Origin: the human T2T-CHM13v2.0 reference genome, Homo sapiens
Direction: 5' to 3' (one strand)
NCBI RefSeq assembly: GCF_009914755.1
Contig: NC_060940.1
Length of the DNA: 64,000 bases
Made by a program: the position numbers and the translations under genes. This document shows, one piece after another, positions 31,351 to 45,535 of the stretch (position 1 is its first letter; every line of letters starts with the position of its first letter). The notes below the pieces were generated by a model that was not told the origin of the DNA, did no database searches, and was given only the letters and a program-made list of their open reading frames with translations.

Positions 31351-32186
31351 TGTTCCCTCTTTTATAGATGAAGAGACCAGCAAATAACTAGTAAGTCGCT
31401 GATCAGGATCACAATATCCAGCTGAGGCACTCCAGAGCCTGAGCTGTTAACCATTCAGTCAGGGCCTCCCAAGTTTGCCTAAAGATAAAGAATCATGTGC
31501 ACAGTTGTTAAAATATACAGATTCCTGGGCCCCACCCCGCAGATACTTGATTGCCAGCTCCAGGGTATGGGCCTGAGAATCTGTCTTTTAGGGAAGCTTT
31601 CAGATGATGTTGTGATCAGGTGAGTTTTGGGAATGGTGCCCCAAGAGGAGTGGCAGACAGGGCTTGCTCGGCAGGGACTAGCCTGTTGGAGTGGTGCCAT
31701 TGGGGTTAAGGACTGGGCAGCAGGGCCTCACTAACCACAGCCTATATGCCTGTTTCTGAAGTTTTGGCCACTCTCATCCAGCTGGTCTACTGTCTGCTGA
31801 CCTAGATGATGGTAAATTGTCCCCAGGGGTAGCCTGTCTAGTTCAGGCTGCACCTTTCGCATATATCAGCTCCTTTCCACCATCATCCCCTTTGTGAGGC
31901 TGCTGTGATTATCATGTTCCTTTTGCAGAGATGGAAACATTGCCTCAAATTAGCTCTGTCATTTCCTAAGGATTCCAGGGTTCTTTAGTAGGGGGTCTGG
32001 ATCCTACGTCCTGGGCCATCCCCATCATAGTGCACCACGTCACCTCCCTGGCCAGGGACCGTGGGGTCTCCACTTTTTTGGGGTGCTCCATCTATGCAGG
32101 GTTTCCTGGAAGCACAGATGCTGGCACTTCAGGGATGAATGAAAGTCTTTTTGGGGGATTTGTAGATTTTTTTCTTGTCTTACTAG

Positions 32187-32306
<120 letters not shown>

Positions 32307-32525
32307 TAAGTCAGCCTGGGCTGTGGACAATGGGCTCCAAGTGCCCTGGTCTCACCCCAGGTCGTGCAGCCTGGGAAGCTGTGAGTGATGGGCTGGGGCA
32401 GGGGCTGTTTGCATGATGGGGGGTGCAGGTGATTCCTGCCCAGAGGGGAAGGGCAACCCTGGGATTTGGTGCTCACTGTCCAATGTGCTTTGCTTCTGTG
32501 TCTCCTCTCTTCTGGAACTGAACAG

Positions 32526-32609
32526 TCTATTCAACAACAAATTGACTGACGGCTGTGCACACTCCATGGCTAAGCTCCTTGCATGCAGGCAGAACTTCTT
32601 GGCATTGAG
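32526..32609 (+). CDS. NOD2: NOD2 exon 6 (84-nt LRR)
   Basis: AG/GT boundaries; [27 protein letters not shown]. Confidence 0.96.
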
Positions 32610-33497
32610 GTGAGCCCAGGTTTTCCTTATTCCCTGGAAACTATTTTTTGCCCCATTCCTGAGTCAGTCTGATCTGGTCTTGGCCTGGCACTGCCCACAC
32701 TGGCTCCTGACCTCCTGATTGAATGCAGGGACAGTGTCTCATTTTAAGCAGGGGTTCTCTAATGCTGTGATCTCCCCAGTAAACTCTGGACTAGCTCTGC
32801 TGAGGACTTCCTGTCTTTTGACCTTTAGCCCGTAGGGCAAGAAAGCTTTTCTAGGCCCCTTTCCTTTTCTGTGTCTAAGAGTGTCACAGCTTTCTGGGGT
32901 TACTGAGTTCCACGATGCATGTTGAGCTCGTCCTGGTGGGGGAGGCATACACAGTTACTTGCCACCCCAGCTGTGGCAGCGAGTTGCTGCAACACTCCCA
33001 GGAGGTCCTTTCACCACTCAGAGCATGCAAGGTTTGCAGTCCATCTGGTTCTGCATTTCTGCTACTCCAGTGTCTCCCAGTTTCAACAGGAGTCTCTCTC
33101 TCTCCTACCTGATGCCTTTAAGTTGCCCCTCTAGCTGGCCGCTGGGTTGGCCTGGCTTCTCTCTCCTTCTCTCTCTCTCAGATATTCTTGCCTCCTGTGA
33201 TTTGTGAGGCAGTAAAAAAAGACAAAGTAAAGAATTGCTTCCATCTATTCTTTTACCTCTTGGGCTGGGTTTGTGGATGGGAGCCGCCATTTTAAAATGG
33301 CGGGCCACATAGCTCAGTCTCGGCAAGGGCTACTGAGATCAGAACCACAGGTGCCAATTTGTACAAAGGACTCAGTCCTGCTACCACTGCCTGATCCCTC
33401 AGACTCACAAGCCTGGAATAGGCTGTGGCCAGACCTGGCTGGCCCATCCCTGAGAAGGGTGCTAGTTTCAGAAATGGAGGCTGAGTTTGTGGCCAAC

Positions 33498-34202
33498 ACA
33501 GTAGTCCTCCAGTATGTGCAGGAGAGATGTTCTAAGACCCCAGTGGATGCCTGAAACCATGGAGAGTATCAAGCCCTACACATACCATGCTTTTCCCAAT
33601 ACCTACACACCTGCAATAAAGTGTAGTTTATAAATTAGGCACAGTAAGAGAGTAATAGCAACTCATAATAAAATAGAACAATTATAACAATCAATATACT
33701 ATAATAACACTATGTGAATGTGGACTCTCTCCATCTCCCTCAAAATATCTTCTTGTACTGTACTCACCCTTCTTCTTGGGAAGATGTGTGGTGGTAAAAT
33801 GCCTGTGTGATGGGAGGAAGTGAGGTGGATGACGCATGCAGCACTGTGCTCTAGCGCTGGGCTGCTGTTGACCTGACCACACTTCAGGAGGAGAATCATC
33901 TGCTCCCAGAGATCCCTAATCTTTGAGCAACAATGAGGTCGGCAGCTGGATGTCAGGAGCAGACGATCTTGATGATTACCAAATGGGAGCGTATAGAGCG
34001 TGGATGCGCTGGACGGGGGGCTGATTCACGTCCTGGGTGGGATGGAGCTGGATGGCACGTGATCAGAATAGCATGCAATTTAAAATGTATGAATTGTTTA
34101 TCTCTAGAATTTTCCATTTAATATTTTTGGACTGCAGTTGATTTCAGATAACTGAAACCATAGAAGGCGAAGCTGCGGATAAGCAGGGGGCAGGGATTAC
34201 CG
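33498..34202. mobile_element. Tigger-derived DNA transposon (MER44/Tigger7-like)
   Basis: Starts CAGTAGTCCTCC...GACCCCAGTGGATGCCTGAAACC; ends GCGGATAAGCAGGGGGCAGGGATTACCG. Confidence 0.7.
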
Positions 34203-35559
34203 TATATCATTGTAATAGAGAGCACAGGCTCTGGAGCCAGACTGCCCGAGGTTTGAACCCTCATTAGCTGCGTGACCTCAGGTCAGCCCAATGTCTGTGT
34301 GCCTCCGTTTCCCCTTCTGTAGAATGGAGGTAATAACCCTGGCTACCTCACAGGCTGTAGTGATGAGCAAGCAAGTTAATCCACATGAAGGGCTGCACCG
34401 TCTGGCAGGGGCTTTATATAGTAAGCGAGTGGCTGAAAGATGATGGGTAAATCACACAAGCACTCAGCTTGTTTCTCCTTATGTGAGTCCGGTCCTCCAA
34501 GCAGGGATTCAATGTGCCACCCATTTATTGGGGAAAAGCCCTAAAAGGGGAAGTGGGGAAGGGAGCTGGGGGAGGCTGGGAGGTGTGTCCCTGAGTGAAG
34601 GAGAGAGGGAAGGAAGGAAGGTTGAGACTGGGCACCTTGGACTTCAGTGCAGTCCTAAGACATCTTGGCAAGGCTGATGAGGAGTTCTTGAACCAAATTC
34701 ACCAGGCAGGGGAGCCTGATGTCTCAGGCAGGGGCTGGCAAGTGCAGATGCGAGGATGTTAGATTTTGGAGCACAGCAGCTGGGGCCCTTGGCTACCTCC
34801 AAGGAGCTGAGGCTGGAGACCTGAAAGGCGAGTTCTCCTAGCTGCCACACCCCTTCTCCAAGGATACAATAATATCTGCCTTATAGGATTGTTGTGAGCT
34901 GAGTGGCTTGACGTTCCTTGAAAGAATGAAAGCGTATAGTTATCCCAGGAAGCCTAGGGTTGCAGGTGAGAGCTCTGGGGCTTCTCCGAAGCTCTCCGAG
35001 GTGTCTGGATTCAGTTGCAGCAGGAGCCTTCCTTGCTGGGATCTTCCCCCACCCCTAGCCTTGGCCCTCCCTCTCTCCTTCCTTTCTGGAAGGCTCAGTG
35101 GGCCCCACCCCTCCCTCCAGCCACCTGGACCTGCCCAGCGCTCTTGTACAACAGGTAAAGCCTACCTGTAGCAACAACAGATCTGGGAAGGCTGCAGAGG
35201 GCACGATGGGGTCTGGATCGAGGGCGGCTGAGACCAGAGGGAAAGGTGTGACCCTGAGTCACCCTCGCTGTCCCGGGGAAACCACCTCCCAGGACAGCTG
35301 CCTACTGTGGCTCCTGCCTGGAATTGTCACACTGCTGTGCAAACAGCGTCCCGCTGCCCCTTTCCCTTTGCTGGGGGAAAATGAAGTTGTGGGAGCCGCT
35401 GAGTAAACTAGACCTAGCAGCGAGGGCACCTGATGTGGCTGCTGCCTCCCGGGCAGGTCTTCAATGCTTTCTTCCTGTGTTTCCCTGGCCAGGGCACAGA
35501 CGGCCCTCCTTTTCTGCCTGCCGCTGTGTTCTCTCAGCCTCCTCTGTCTTCCCTTCCAG

Positions 35560-35643
35560 GCTGGGGAATAACTACATCACTGCCGCGGGAGCCCAAGTGC
35601 TGGCCGAGGGGCTCCGAGGCAACACCTCCTTGCAGTTCCTGGG
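35560..35643 (+). CDS. NOD2: NOD2 exon 7 (84-nt LRR)
   Basis: AG/GT boundaries; [27 protein letters not shown]. Confidence 0.96.
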
Positions 35644-36386
35644 GTAGGTTGGATTCCAGGAAGAGGGACCTGCATGGAGGGGCTTGGGACTTTTGAGGAT
35701 TTAGGGGCAGGTGAAACTCTTCAGCCAGGAGGCCCCAGAGGCAGCCCAGCTCCAGTGGGGAGGACAAGCCAGGGAGAGAGTGGGCGGCCCTTGACTGCCA
35801 CCTTCATACTTGGTCTATGCCTGACAAACAGGAAGTTTGGGATGTTGGGGCTAGGGGAGGACAGTGCCCACGAGCTGGTGACAGGAAGCCCTCTGATCCT
35901 CAGGGGGCGCTAGGGCTGTACTTTAGCTGCATATTAAAACCACCTGGAAGCTTCTAAACACTATTGCCAGGCCTCCCACCCCAGACTGATGAAATGCAAA
36001 TATCTAGGTGCAAGGCCCAGGTATCAGGAGTTTTAAAAAGCTTCCCAGGGGATGTACAGCCAGGGGTGAGGACCCCTGACCTAAGAAAGAGAAGGAAATG
36101 GGGAAGGATAGGAAGGCACCCAGGATAAGAGGGGCTGTGCTAGGTCCCTCGGAGCTCTTGCTCCCTGTAGGACCATGCTAGGGCCTGCCAGGGAGGGGAG
36201 TACCCCAACCTGCAGCCCCAGGGTGGGCTTCCTCTGTTTGCTAGGCACCCAGGCTTGCACCTGTGCTGTTTCCAGCAGCCTCTCTCCTATCCTGTCATGC
36301 CCTAGTGTGAACTGGAGTCCATTTGACAAGAACTGGGAGTTTTAGAACCTGGGACTGTAGGAAGAGAGAATAACCTTAGGGCCTAG

Positions 36387-36752
<366 letters not shown>

Positions 36753-37099
36753 TGAGCCACAAATGGGACTATGTTGCTCTAGAAATCAACATCTTTTCCA
36801 CACTGCATTAGTAGCAACAGAGTCTAGAACAAAGGAGGCCACAGCCCCACTGAACTCTCTTCTGCTTGAGGTCACATCTGCCACATCAGGGGTATTTACC
36901 TCTTTCAACACATATTTATTAGGGCACCTGTCTGGGCCAGGCGTTGTGCTAAAACCCCCAAACGCTGTCATATGATACAAAGTGTTCTGTAACTTGCTTG
37001 GTTTTTTTTTTGTTTGTTTGTTTGTTTTGTTTTGTTTTTGTTGTTGTTTTTTTTTGCTTCGCCATATATTATAGGAATTTTTTTAGGTCATTATGACCT

Positions 37100-37562
<463 letters not shown>

Positions 37563-38190
37563 TAGCCAGAGCTCAATCGATACATACCTAATGAATGAAA
37601 GTACAGTGGACATCCTAATTCAGCCATTCTTTGCTAACTTGTGTACATACCTGTCCAGGGTAGGTCCCTAGAATACAGTCAATAAGTCAGAAGGTGTGAG
37701 TTGGGATCTACCTTTTGGAAAGGGATGTTTTCAAACTACAGTGAGTCAGAGGAGGATGGCCCAGAAGCTGGGGGAGTTGAAGCTGATGGCGTGAAGGAAT
37801 TAGGGGTGTTAGGAAGAAGCAGGAGATAAAGAGCTAGCTTGCAGAAGAAGTGTTAGACTTGTTATGGGCAGGTACTGGAGGGTAGCTAAGGACTTGTGGG
37901 TGGCAGTTACCAGGAAGCGTATCTGAACTAAGTGTCAGAAAAAGTGTCACAACTGTAAATTACTCTTGTCAGTGAGTTCCTGTCCTTAAGGGTTAGGGCT
38001 GGGTAGCCCTCTACTATTCTCTAAGTCTGTAATGTAAAGCCACTGAAAACTCTTGGGTTAAGTTTGGCCATCCCACCCAAAAGATGGAGGCAGGTCCACT
38101 TTGCTGGGACCAGGAGCCCCAGTGAGGCCACTCTGGGATTGAGTGGTCCTGCCCCTCTGGCTGGGACTGCAGAGGGAGGAGGACTGTTAG

Positions 38191-38340
<150 letters not shown>

Positions 38341-38681
38341 TAAGCTTCAGAGTCTATCCTGCAGTTTTCTTGGGGAGATCAGGTGAAGAGGGAGGAGCTG
38401 GGGCCAGTTCTGAAGGTCTTTGAACTTTATTTCTACCCCACAATGTTAGGCAATGGAGTAAGGAAAAAAGACCATTGGATTTCAAGAGAGGACACTCGAG
38501 TCTTTCTGGGTGACTTGGAAATGTCCCTTGTCCTCTCAGGGTTTTGATACAGTATCTGTAAATTGAAGATATTGGGCTGGATCAGGTACATTTTATCTTA
38601 AGGACCAATTCCAATCCATTGGTAGTGGGTGCCCAGTGCACCACATTAAAAAGAATTCTAAGGCTGCACCTGGGCTTAAAG

Positions 38682-38826
38682 AAGAGCACTATAATCAATT
38701 AGTGATGTCTAAAAAAGCTAAAAAAAAAAAAAAAGAGCACTGCATTCAATTAGTGATGTCTAAAAAGGGTAGAAAAAAAAAAAAAAAAGAAAAAAGAAAG
38801 AGCACCGCAATCAATTAGTGATGTCT
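38682..38826 (+). repeat. Three copies of a 29-bp unit separated by A tracts
   Basis: AAGAGCACYRYAWTCAATTAGTGATGTCT x3. Confidence 0.9.
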
Positions 38827-38872
38827 GAAATGGAGCAGACCAGGAGAGCACCACGAATTTTGCCCTCCATAG

Positions 38873-39019
<147 letters not shown>

Positions 39020-39497
39020 TGAGTTTGGGGGATTCTCTGCTCTGGGGAAGTGGATCACAATCTCTGTTGATCCCCTGGCCTCATCCATAGGAGCGGTTGT
39101 GTGGACAGACAAAGGTGGATGATTGAGTGATTGACTGATTGATTGATTGTGTTTGTCTTTATATGTACTGAGTGGTATGAAGCTTATAGAGCCTGGTATG
39201 TACATGCTAATTTTTTTATTTAATAAAATATATGGGTTTGCTGGTTTGGTGACTGCCTCCACATGGCATAAGTGTTAAGAGCACAGACTCTGTAATCAAG
39301 CAGGCCGTGATCTTAGGCAAGTTAAATAACAATTTCAGAATCTCAAGTTTCATGTCTGTAAAATGAGGGTAAGAATACTTCCAACCATAAAGGATTTTTG
39401 CAAGAATTAGATAAAGTAGTGCCTGTGAAGACCTTAATATAGTGCCTGGCATATTTGTAAGTGCTCCATAAATGTTAAATTAGAATAATGGCAGGGT

Positions 39498-39572
39498 TAC
39501 TACTACTATTACTGCTGCTGCTGCTGCTGCTGCTGCTACAACTACTATAGTACTGTGACTACTACTACTAAT
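39498..39572. repeat. (CTA)n-(CTG)8-(CTA)n compound trinucleotide repeat
   Basis: 8 pure CTG at 39512-39535 flanked by CTA units. Confidence 0.9.
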
Positions 39573-40003
39573 AAAGTTTTGTTATTTTAAAGTGATTTTG
39601 AGTTCCTAGGAGCACTGGGTATTCAAGTCTTAGGTCATTTTGGAAGGTGTAATGGAGTTTTGATAGTTGAAAGAGGAACCATGAATCATGCTTATACTGT
39701 TGACCTGAAGCAGATTCTAAGTTTCTCATCCTTTAGATGCCACTAGTATAGTTTTCTGACATGTTCTGGGCAGCTTCAGATTATGTCAGGGAGATAAAAT
39801 ACTGAATGTTTGATTTTCCCGGGAAGCAGAAAGGCACTGCAACATATGGGCATTGCCATAAACAGATTTTATGGATGGACCTTGGCTGTTGCAGGGCTTA
39901 CTAGCTCTACTCAAGTATGATTGATTCTATCCTGACTGGATTTTGCCACTTGGAATTTCTTAGTAGAGGAGAACCTTGTTATGAGAGCATCAGTTATGAT
40001 TAC

Positions 40004-40387
40004 TGTTAAAAGAAAAACTTTAGGCAAATTAAATTTAGCAGAACTGGTTTGAACATACAGCAATTTATGAATTGGGCAGCATTCAGAACTGGGAGTGCTC
40101 CACCCAGCAAGGTAGGCAAGCAGTATCTATAGACAGGAAAAGGAAGTGATGTACAAAACAGCTTGATTGGTTGCAGCTGGGCATTTGCCTTATATGGGCA
40201 TGGTGTGATGAGGCATTTTCTTTATATGGATATAGACTGATCAGCTGGTAGACTGTGACTGACTGAAGCCTGGCTGCTGTGATTGGCTAAGACTTAGCTG
40301 TTTGTTATAAGGATATGTTGTTAGGTTGCAGTTTGCTACATAGGAACTCAAAGTACAGAGGCAGTCTCAGGCCAAATTTAGTTTAAC
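40004..40387 (-). mobile_element. ERV1 MER4-group solo LTR (MER31-like), nested in a degenerate MLT1
   Basis: TGTTAAAAGAAAAACTTTAGGCAAATTAAATTTAGCAG...GGCCAAATTTAGTTTAAC termini; subfamily uncertain. Confidence 0.6.
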
Positions 40388-40573
40388 TATATGTTAAGCT
40401 GCAGGTGACAGAATACCTCCATCTATAGAGGTTTAAACAAGGAAAGGGTTTATTTTTTCCTGTATAGGCAGCTGGATGTAGGCAGTGTAGGGTTTGTACA
40501 GTGGCTACAAGAGGCCAGGAGGGGTCTCAGCTCTGTCTCATTCTCTTCCTGTTCCATCATCCTTAGCCTGTGA

Positions 40574-41206
<633 letters not shown>

Positions 41207-42492
41207 TAAGGAACCCATAAGCAGGAAACAGGACAATAATTGCTGGCCTTTGGAAGGGGCATTTCTGATTAAGATCTGGGCCGCTCTCCGCTGGGCTAAC
41301 TCATGTGAGGTGGCCTGGTAGAACAGCTTGCCTTGGTCTAGGTGGACAAGGATTCCAGTGCAAGTTGTTTATCTGGGAGGTGGTCCCAGTAAATGCTGAT
41401 AGGAGAGTGGTGAAGTGAGATGGGGAAGTGAAGGTAACCAATAAAGGGGAGTTATCAAGCCAGTTATCAATGAGGGAAATTGGAGCTCAGTACTCTGGGG
41501 CACTCCTGGAGCCAGTGCAGAACACACATGGTCACCTACCCAACCAATGGGCAAGAAAGCCATGGCATTTATCCACCAACCCTCTGTCCTTCCTATGTTG
41601 ATGTGCGCTCATGGGGCACTGATTCTCCAGCACTTCCAGCTCACCCTCACCCAGCTGAACATGCTTCTGGGGTCAGGAGAATGGCCTCAGGCAGAGAGTG
41701 GCAGGTCTTCTCTGCAAGCAGTGGCTGGGGAGGTGATGTGATGGGGAGTACTGTGGCCTCCTCCAGTGGCTGACTCAGTGGCTTGGGACTTGTGCCACAA
41801 AGAGATGGACAGCTCAGGTGAACATGAACCCACCTAGTGACCATCATGGGTTTGTCAGGGTGCTCTCTGAGGCTGATGCCAAAATTCTTATTTCAAGTAG
41901 ACCTCAGGAACCCCATCAGATGGCTCCTTTTGCTGGAGGAAAGTGGCATCTGCCTAGGCAAATGTGGTCCTAGGAAAACGCTTGCCTTTAGAGACAGACA
42001 GACAGACAGCTGCCTCTGTGAGTGCCAGCTTTGCTGCCAGGCTGCTACCCACTCTGGCGACACTCATTTGTGTTGCTTTCACAAGCTAGGAAGTTTCCAA
42101 ATATTTGGAGAAAACACTTCCACTAATTATTTGGGTGGAAATGGGCTGGGAAGTTGGGGTGAAGCCCGGATGTGTCTGAGCCAGATGCCAGCTTTGCACT
42201 GAGGGTCGGCCTTTGGGAATACCAAGCCCATTATCAACCAGGTGTGGATATGGCAGGTTTGTCTTCCCTCCTTGTCACAGCCTTACTCCACTTGACTCCC
42301 ATGGATGCCAGGCAATGAGGCTGGGGTTGGTCCCATGCCACCCTGTCATCAGCCTTATTTTTCAGCATCCTAAACTATATCATCCCCCACAAAAATTGAA
42401 CTTCTGATATATCTTTTATAAAAAAGAGAAATGCCTACATCTTTCTTTTCCAGGCTTAGTTTCTGCCAAGAGTTGGTTGAGAGCCCAGGCTT

Positions 42493-42790
42493 GCTGGGTG
42501 CAGTGGCTCACACCTGTAATCCCAGCACTTTGGGAGGCTGAGGCGGGTGGATCACCTGAGGTGGGGAGTTCCATACCAGCCTGACCAACATGGAGAAACC
42601 CCATCTCTACTAAAAATACAAAATTAGCCGGGCGTGGTGGCATACACCTGTAATCCCATCTACTCAGGAAGCTGAGGCAGGAGAATCACTTGAACCTGGG
42701 AGGTGGAGGTTGCCATGAGCCAAGATCACACCATTGCACCCTAGACTGGACAAGAGAGAAACTTCCATCTCAAAAAAAAAAAAAAAAAAG
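42493..42790 (+). mobile_element. Alu (S-type)
   Basis: Dimeric Alu with A tail. Confidence 0.9.
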
Positions 42791-42991
42791 GATGAGAAAA
42801 ATAATAATTTAAAAAAAAGAGTCCAGGCTCTGGAACCAGACAGCCTGGGTCTTACCCCTGCTCCACCATTACCAGCCAGTTCTTCTTGGATGAGTGCCTC
42901 AGTTGCCTCAAGTGTAAATGGAGATAATGGCTGGACCTTCATTATAGGCCATGAGCATTCACTGAGAGAATGTAGCTAACAAAAGTGAGTT

Positions 42992-44259
42992 GTAGGTTGG
43001 AGCAAAAGTAATTGTGGTTTCAGACCATGAACTTTAAATTATTATAACTAGGCTAAAATACATCTTTATTAATCAAAATAGGAACCATTAAAATCAACAC
43101 ATTTTTGCCAATAAGAAATAAGTTTGTTTATTCCTGTAGCATAAAAATTCATGCTTTGGGATTCAACAAACTCTTGGAAAGCATTTTCTGCATCCTCCTG
43201 GTTGTGGAAGCATTTTTCCTGCAGAAAGTTGTCAAGATTCTTGAAGAAATGGTAGTCAGTTGGCTAGAGGTCAGGTAAATATGGCGGATGAGGCAAAACT
43301 TCATAGTCCAATTCATTCAACTTTTGAAGCTTTGGTTGTGTGACATGCAGTCGGGTGTTGTCGTGGAGAATTGGACCCTTTCTGTTGATGAATGCCGGCT
43401 GCAGGTGTTGCAGTTTTCAGTGCATCTCATTGACTTGCCGAGCATACTTCTCATATGTAATGGTTTCGCAGGGATTCAGAAAGCTGTAGGGGATCAGACT
43501 AGCAGCAGACCACCAGTGACCATGACCTTTTTTTTTTGGTGCGAATTTGCCTTTGGGAAGTGCTTTGGAGCTTCTTCTCGGTCCAACCACTGAGCTAGTC
43601 ATTGCCAGTTGTATAAAATCCACTTTTCATCGCACGTCACAATCAGATCAAGAAATGGTTCGCTGTTGTTGTGTAGAATAAGAGAAGATGACACTTCAAA
43701 ATGACGATTTTCTTGGTTTTCACTCAGCTCATGAGGCACACACTTATCGAGGTTTTTCACCTTTCCAATTTGCTTCAAATGCTGAATGACCATGGAATGG
43801 TCGATGTTGAGTTCTCAAGTAGTTGTAAGAAAATCAGCTTTGATGATTGCTCTCAATTGGTCATTGTCAGCTTCTGATGGCCTGCCAGTACACTCCTCAT
43901 CTTCAAGGCTCTTATCTCCTTCGCAAAACTTCTTGAACCACCACTGCACTATACGTTAGTTAGCAGTTCCTGGGCCAAATGCATTGCTGATGTTGTGAGT
44001 TGTCTCCGCTGCTTTACAACCCATTTTGAATTCAAATAAGAAAATTGCTTGAATTTGCTTTTTGTCTAACATCATTTTCATAGTCTAAAATAAATATAAA
44101 ATAAACAGAAAGTATTAAGTCATTAGCAAAAAATCATAAAGTGAGAATTGTGCATTAAAATGATGTATAGCATAACCACATTTATTTAAGAATGTATTCC
44201 AATATCAAATGGCAAATTTCAACAATGCAAAAACTGCAATTACTTTTGCACCAATCTAA
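42992..44259 (-). mobile_element. Near full-length Hsmar1 mariner transposon with an inactivated transposase (43069-44081)
   Basis: TIRs TAGGTTGGAGCAAAAGTAATTGTGGTTT and AAAACTGCAATTACTTTTGCACCAATCTAA+TA; minus-strand MKMMLDKKQIQAIF, VPHELSENQ, IVTCDEKW, LHDN, YLPDL*PTDYHF, GSYFD*. Confidence 0.93.
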
Positions 44260-44563
44260 TAGAAGTTCAATAAATACTGGCAATTACAATTGGCATTGCC
44301 TTAGGGTCAACTTGTAAGACATTCCTGAAATTGTGGGAAAGGGGGAGGACCTGGAGTGGACATTATTGGAAGGCAAAGCTGTAACCAAAAGAGCAACCTG
44401 GGAAACACATGACTCCTCTGTTGCTGTCCCTGGCCCTATCCTGTCTCCCCTCCCTGTTGTCAGCTACCTCATATGTTCTCTAATCTCTGTCTCTGTGCCC
44501 TCAAAGACCCCCCTGAAAATAGAAATATTACTGCTCATTGGTTATTTTCTATCAATTAAGTAC

Positions 44564-44887
44564 TGTATTAGTCCGTTTTCATGCTGATGATAAAGATATA
44601 CCCAAGACTGGGCACTTTATGAAAGAAAGAGTTTTATTGAACTTACAGTTCCACGTGGCTGGGGAGGTCTCACAATCATGGCTGAAGGTGAAAGGCACAT
44701 CTCACATGGCAGCAGACAGGAGAAGAGGGCTTGTTCAGGGAAACTCCCCTTTTTAAAACCATCAGATATCATGAAACTTATTTACTGTAATGAGAACAGG
44801 ATGGGATTCAATTACCTTCCACTGGGTCGCTCCCACAACACGTGGGAATTCAAGAGATTTGGGTGGGGACACAGCCAAACCATATCA
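44564..44887 (-). mobile_element. THE1 (MaLR) solo LTR
   Basis: TGTATTAGTCCGTTTTCATGCTG...GGGGACACAGCCAAACCATATCA with 5-bp TSD AGTAC. Confidence 0.9.
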
Positions 44888-45451
44888 AGTACTGTGCAAG
44901 TGTTTTAGGCATGCAGAGAGTGGTGGGTCTTCCCAGCAAGCAGAGTGTGGGGAGGTAATGGGGGACTGGTGGCTGACTTAATGGCCCAGGACCCATGCCA
45001 CAAGGAGATGGATGGTGGATGTGAATAGGAGCCTGCTTACACCCATCACAATTTAGATTCTTATGCTCGATGGCACGGGTACTCTTTTAGGCCCATTTTA
45101 CCAATGAGGAGATTGGGACTAATTTGCTCGAGATCAAAAAAGAAGTGGTGTAGGTGGGATTTAAACCCAGGATGTCTAGCACTAAAATGCAGGTACTTAA
45201 CCACTATCCTAAGGGAGTGGCTACTTAATTTGATAAACTCATCTAGTGAATGGAAGAGAGACGGTTACATTTCACTGATGGTACTGAGCCTTTGTTGATG
45301 AGCTCATTGGGAATCTCAGACATGAGCAGGATGTGTCTAAGGGACAGGTGGGCTTCAGTAGACTGGCTAACTCCTGCAGTCTCTTTAACTGGACAGTTTC
45401 AAGAGGAAAACCAAGAATCCTTGAAGCTCACCATTGTATCTTCTTTTCCAG

Positions 45452-45535
45452 GTTGTCCAATAACTGCATCACCTACCTAGGGGCAGAAGCCCTCCTGCAG
45501 GCCCTTGAAAGGAATGACACCATCCTGGAAGTCTG
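45452..45535 (+). CDS. NOD2: NOD2 exon 11 (84-nt LRR; contains Leu1007)
   Basis: AG/GT boundaries; [27 protein letters not shown]. Confidence 0.96.

Noticed and set aside
43069-44081. Active mariner transposase
   Set aside because: In-frame stop next to the YSPDL motif, plus indels
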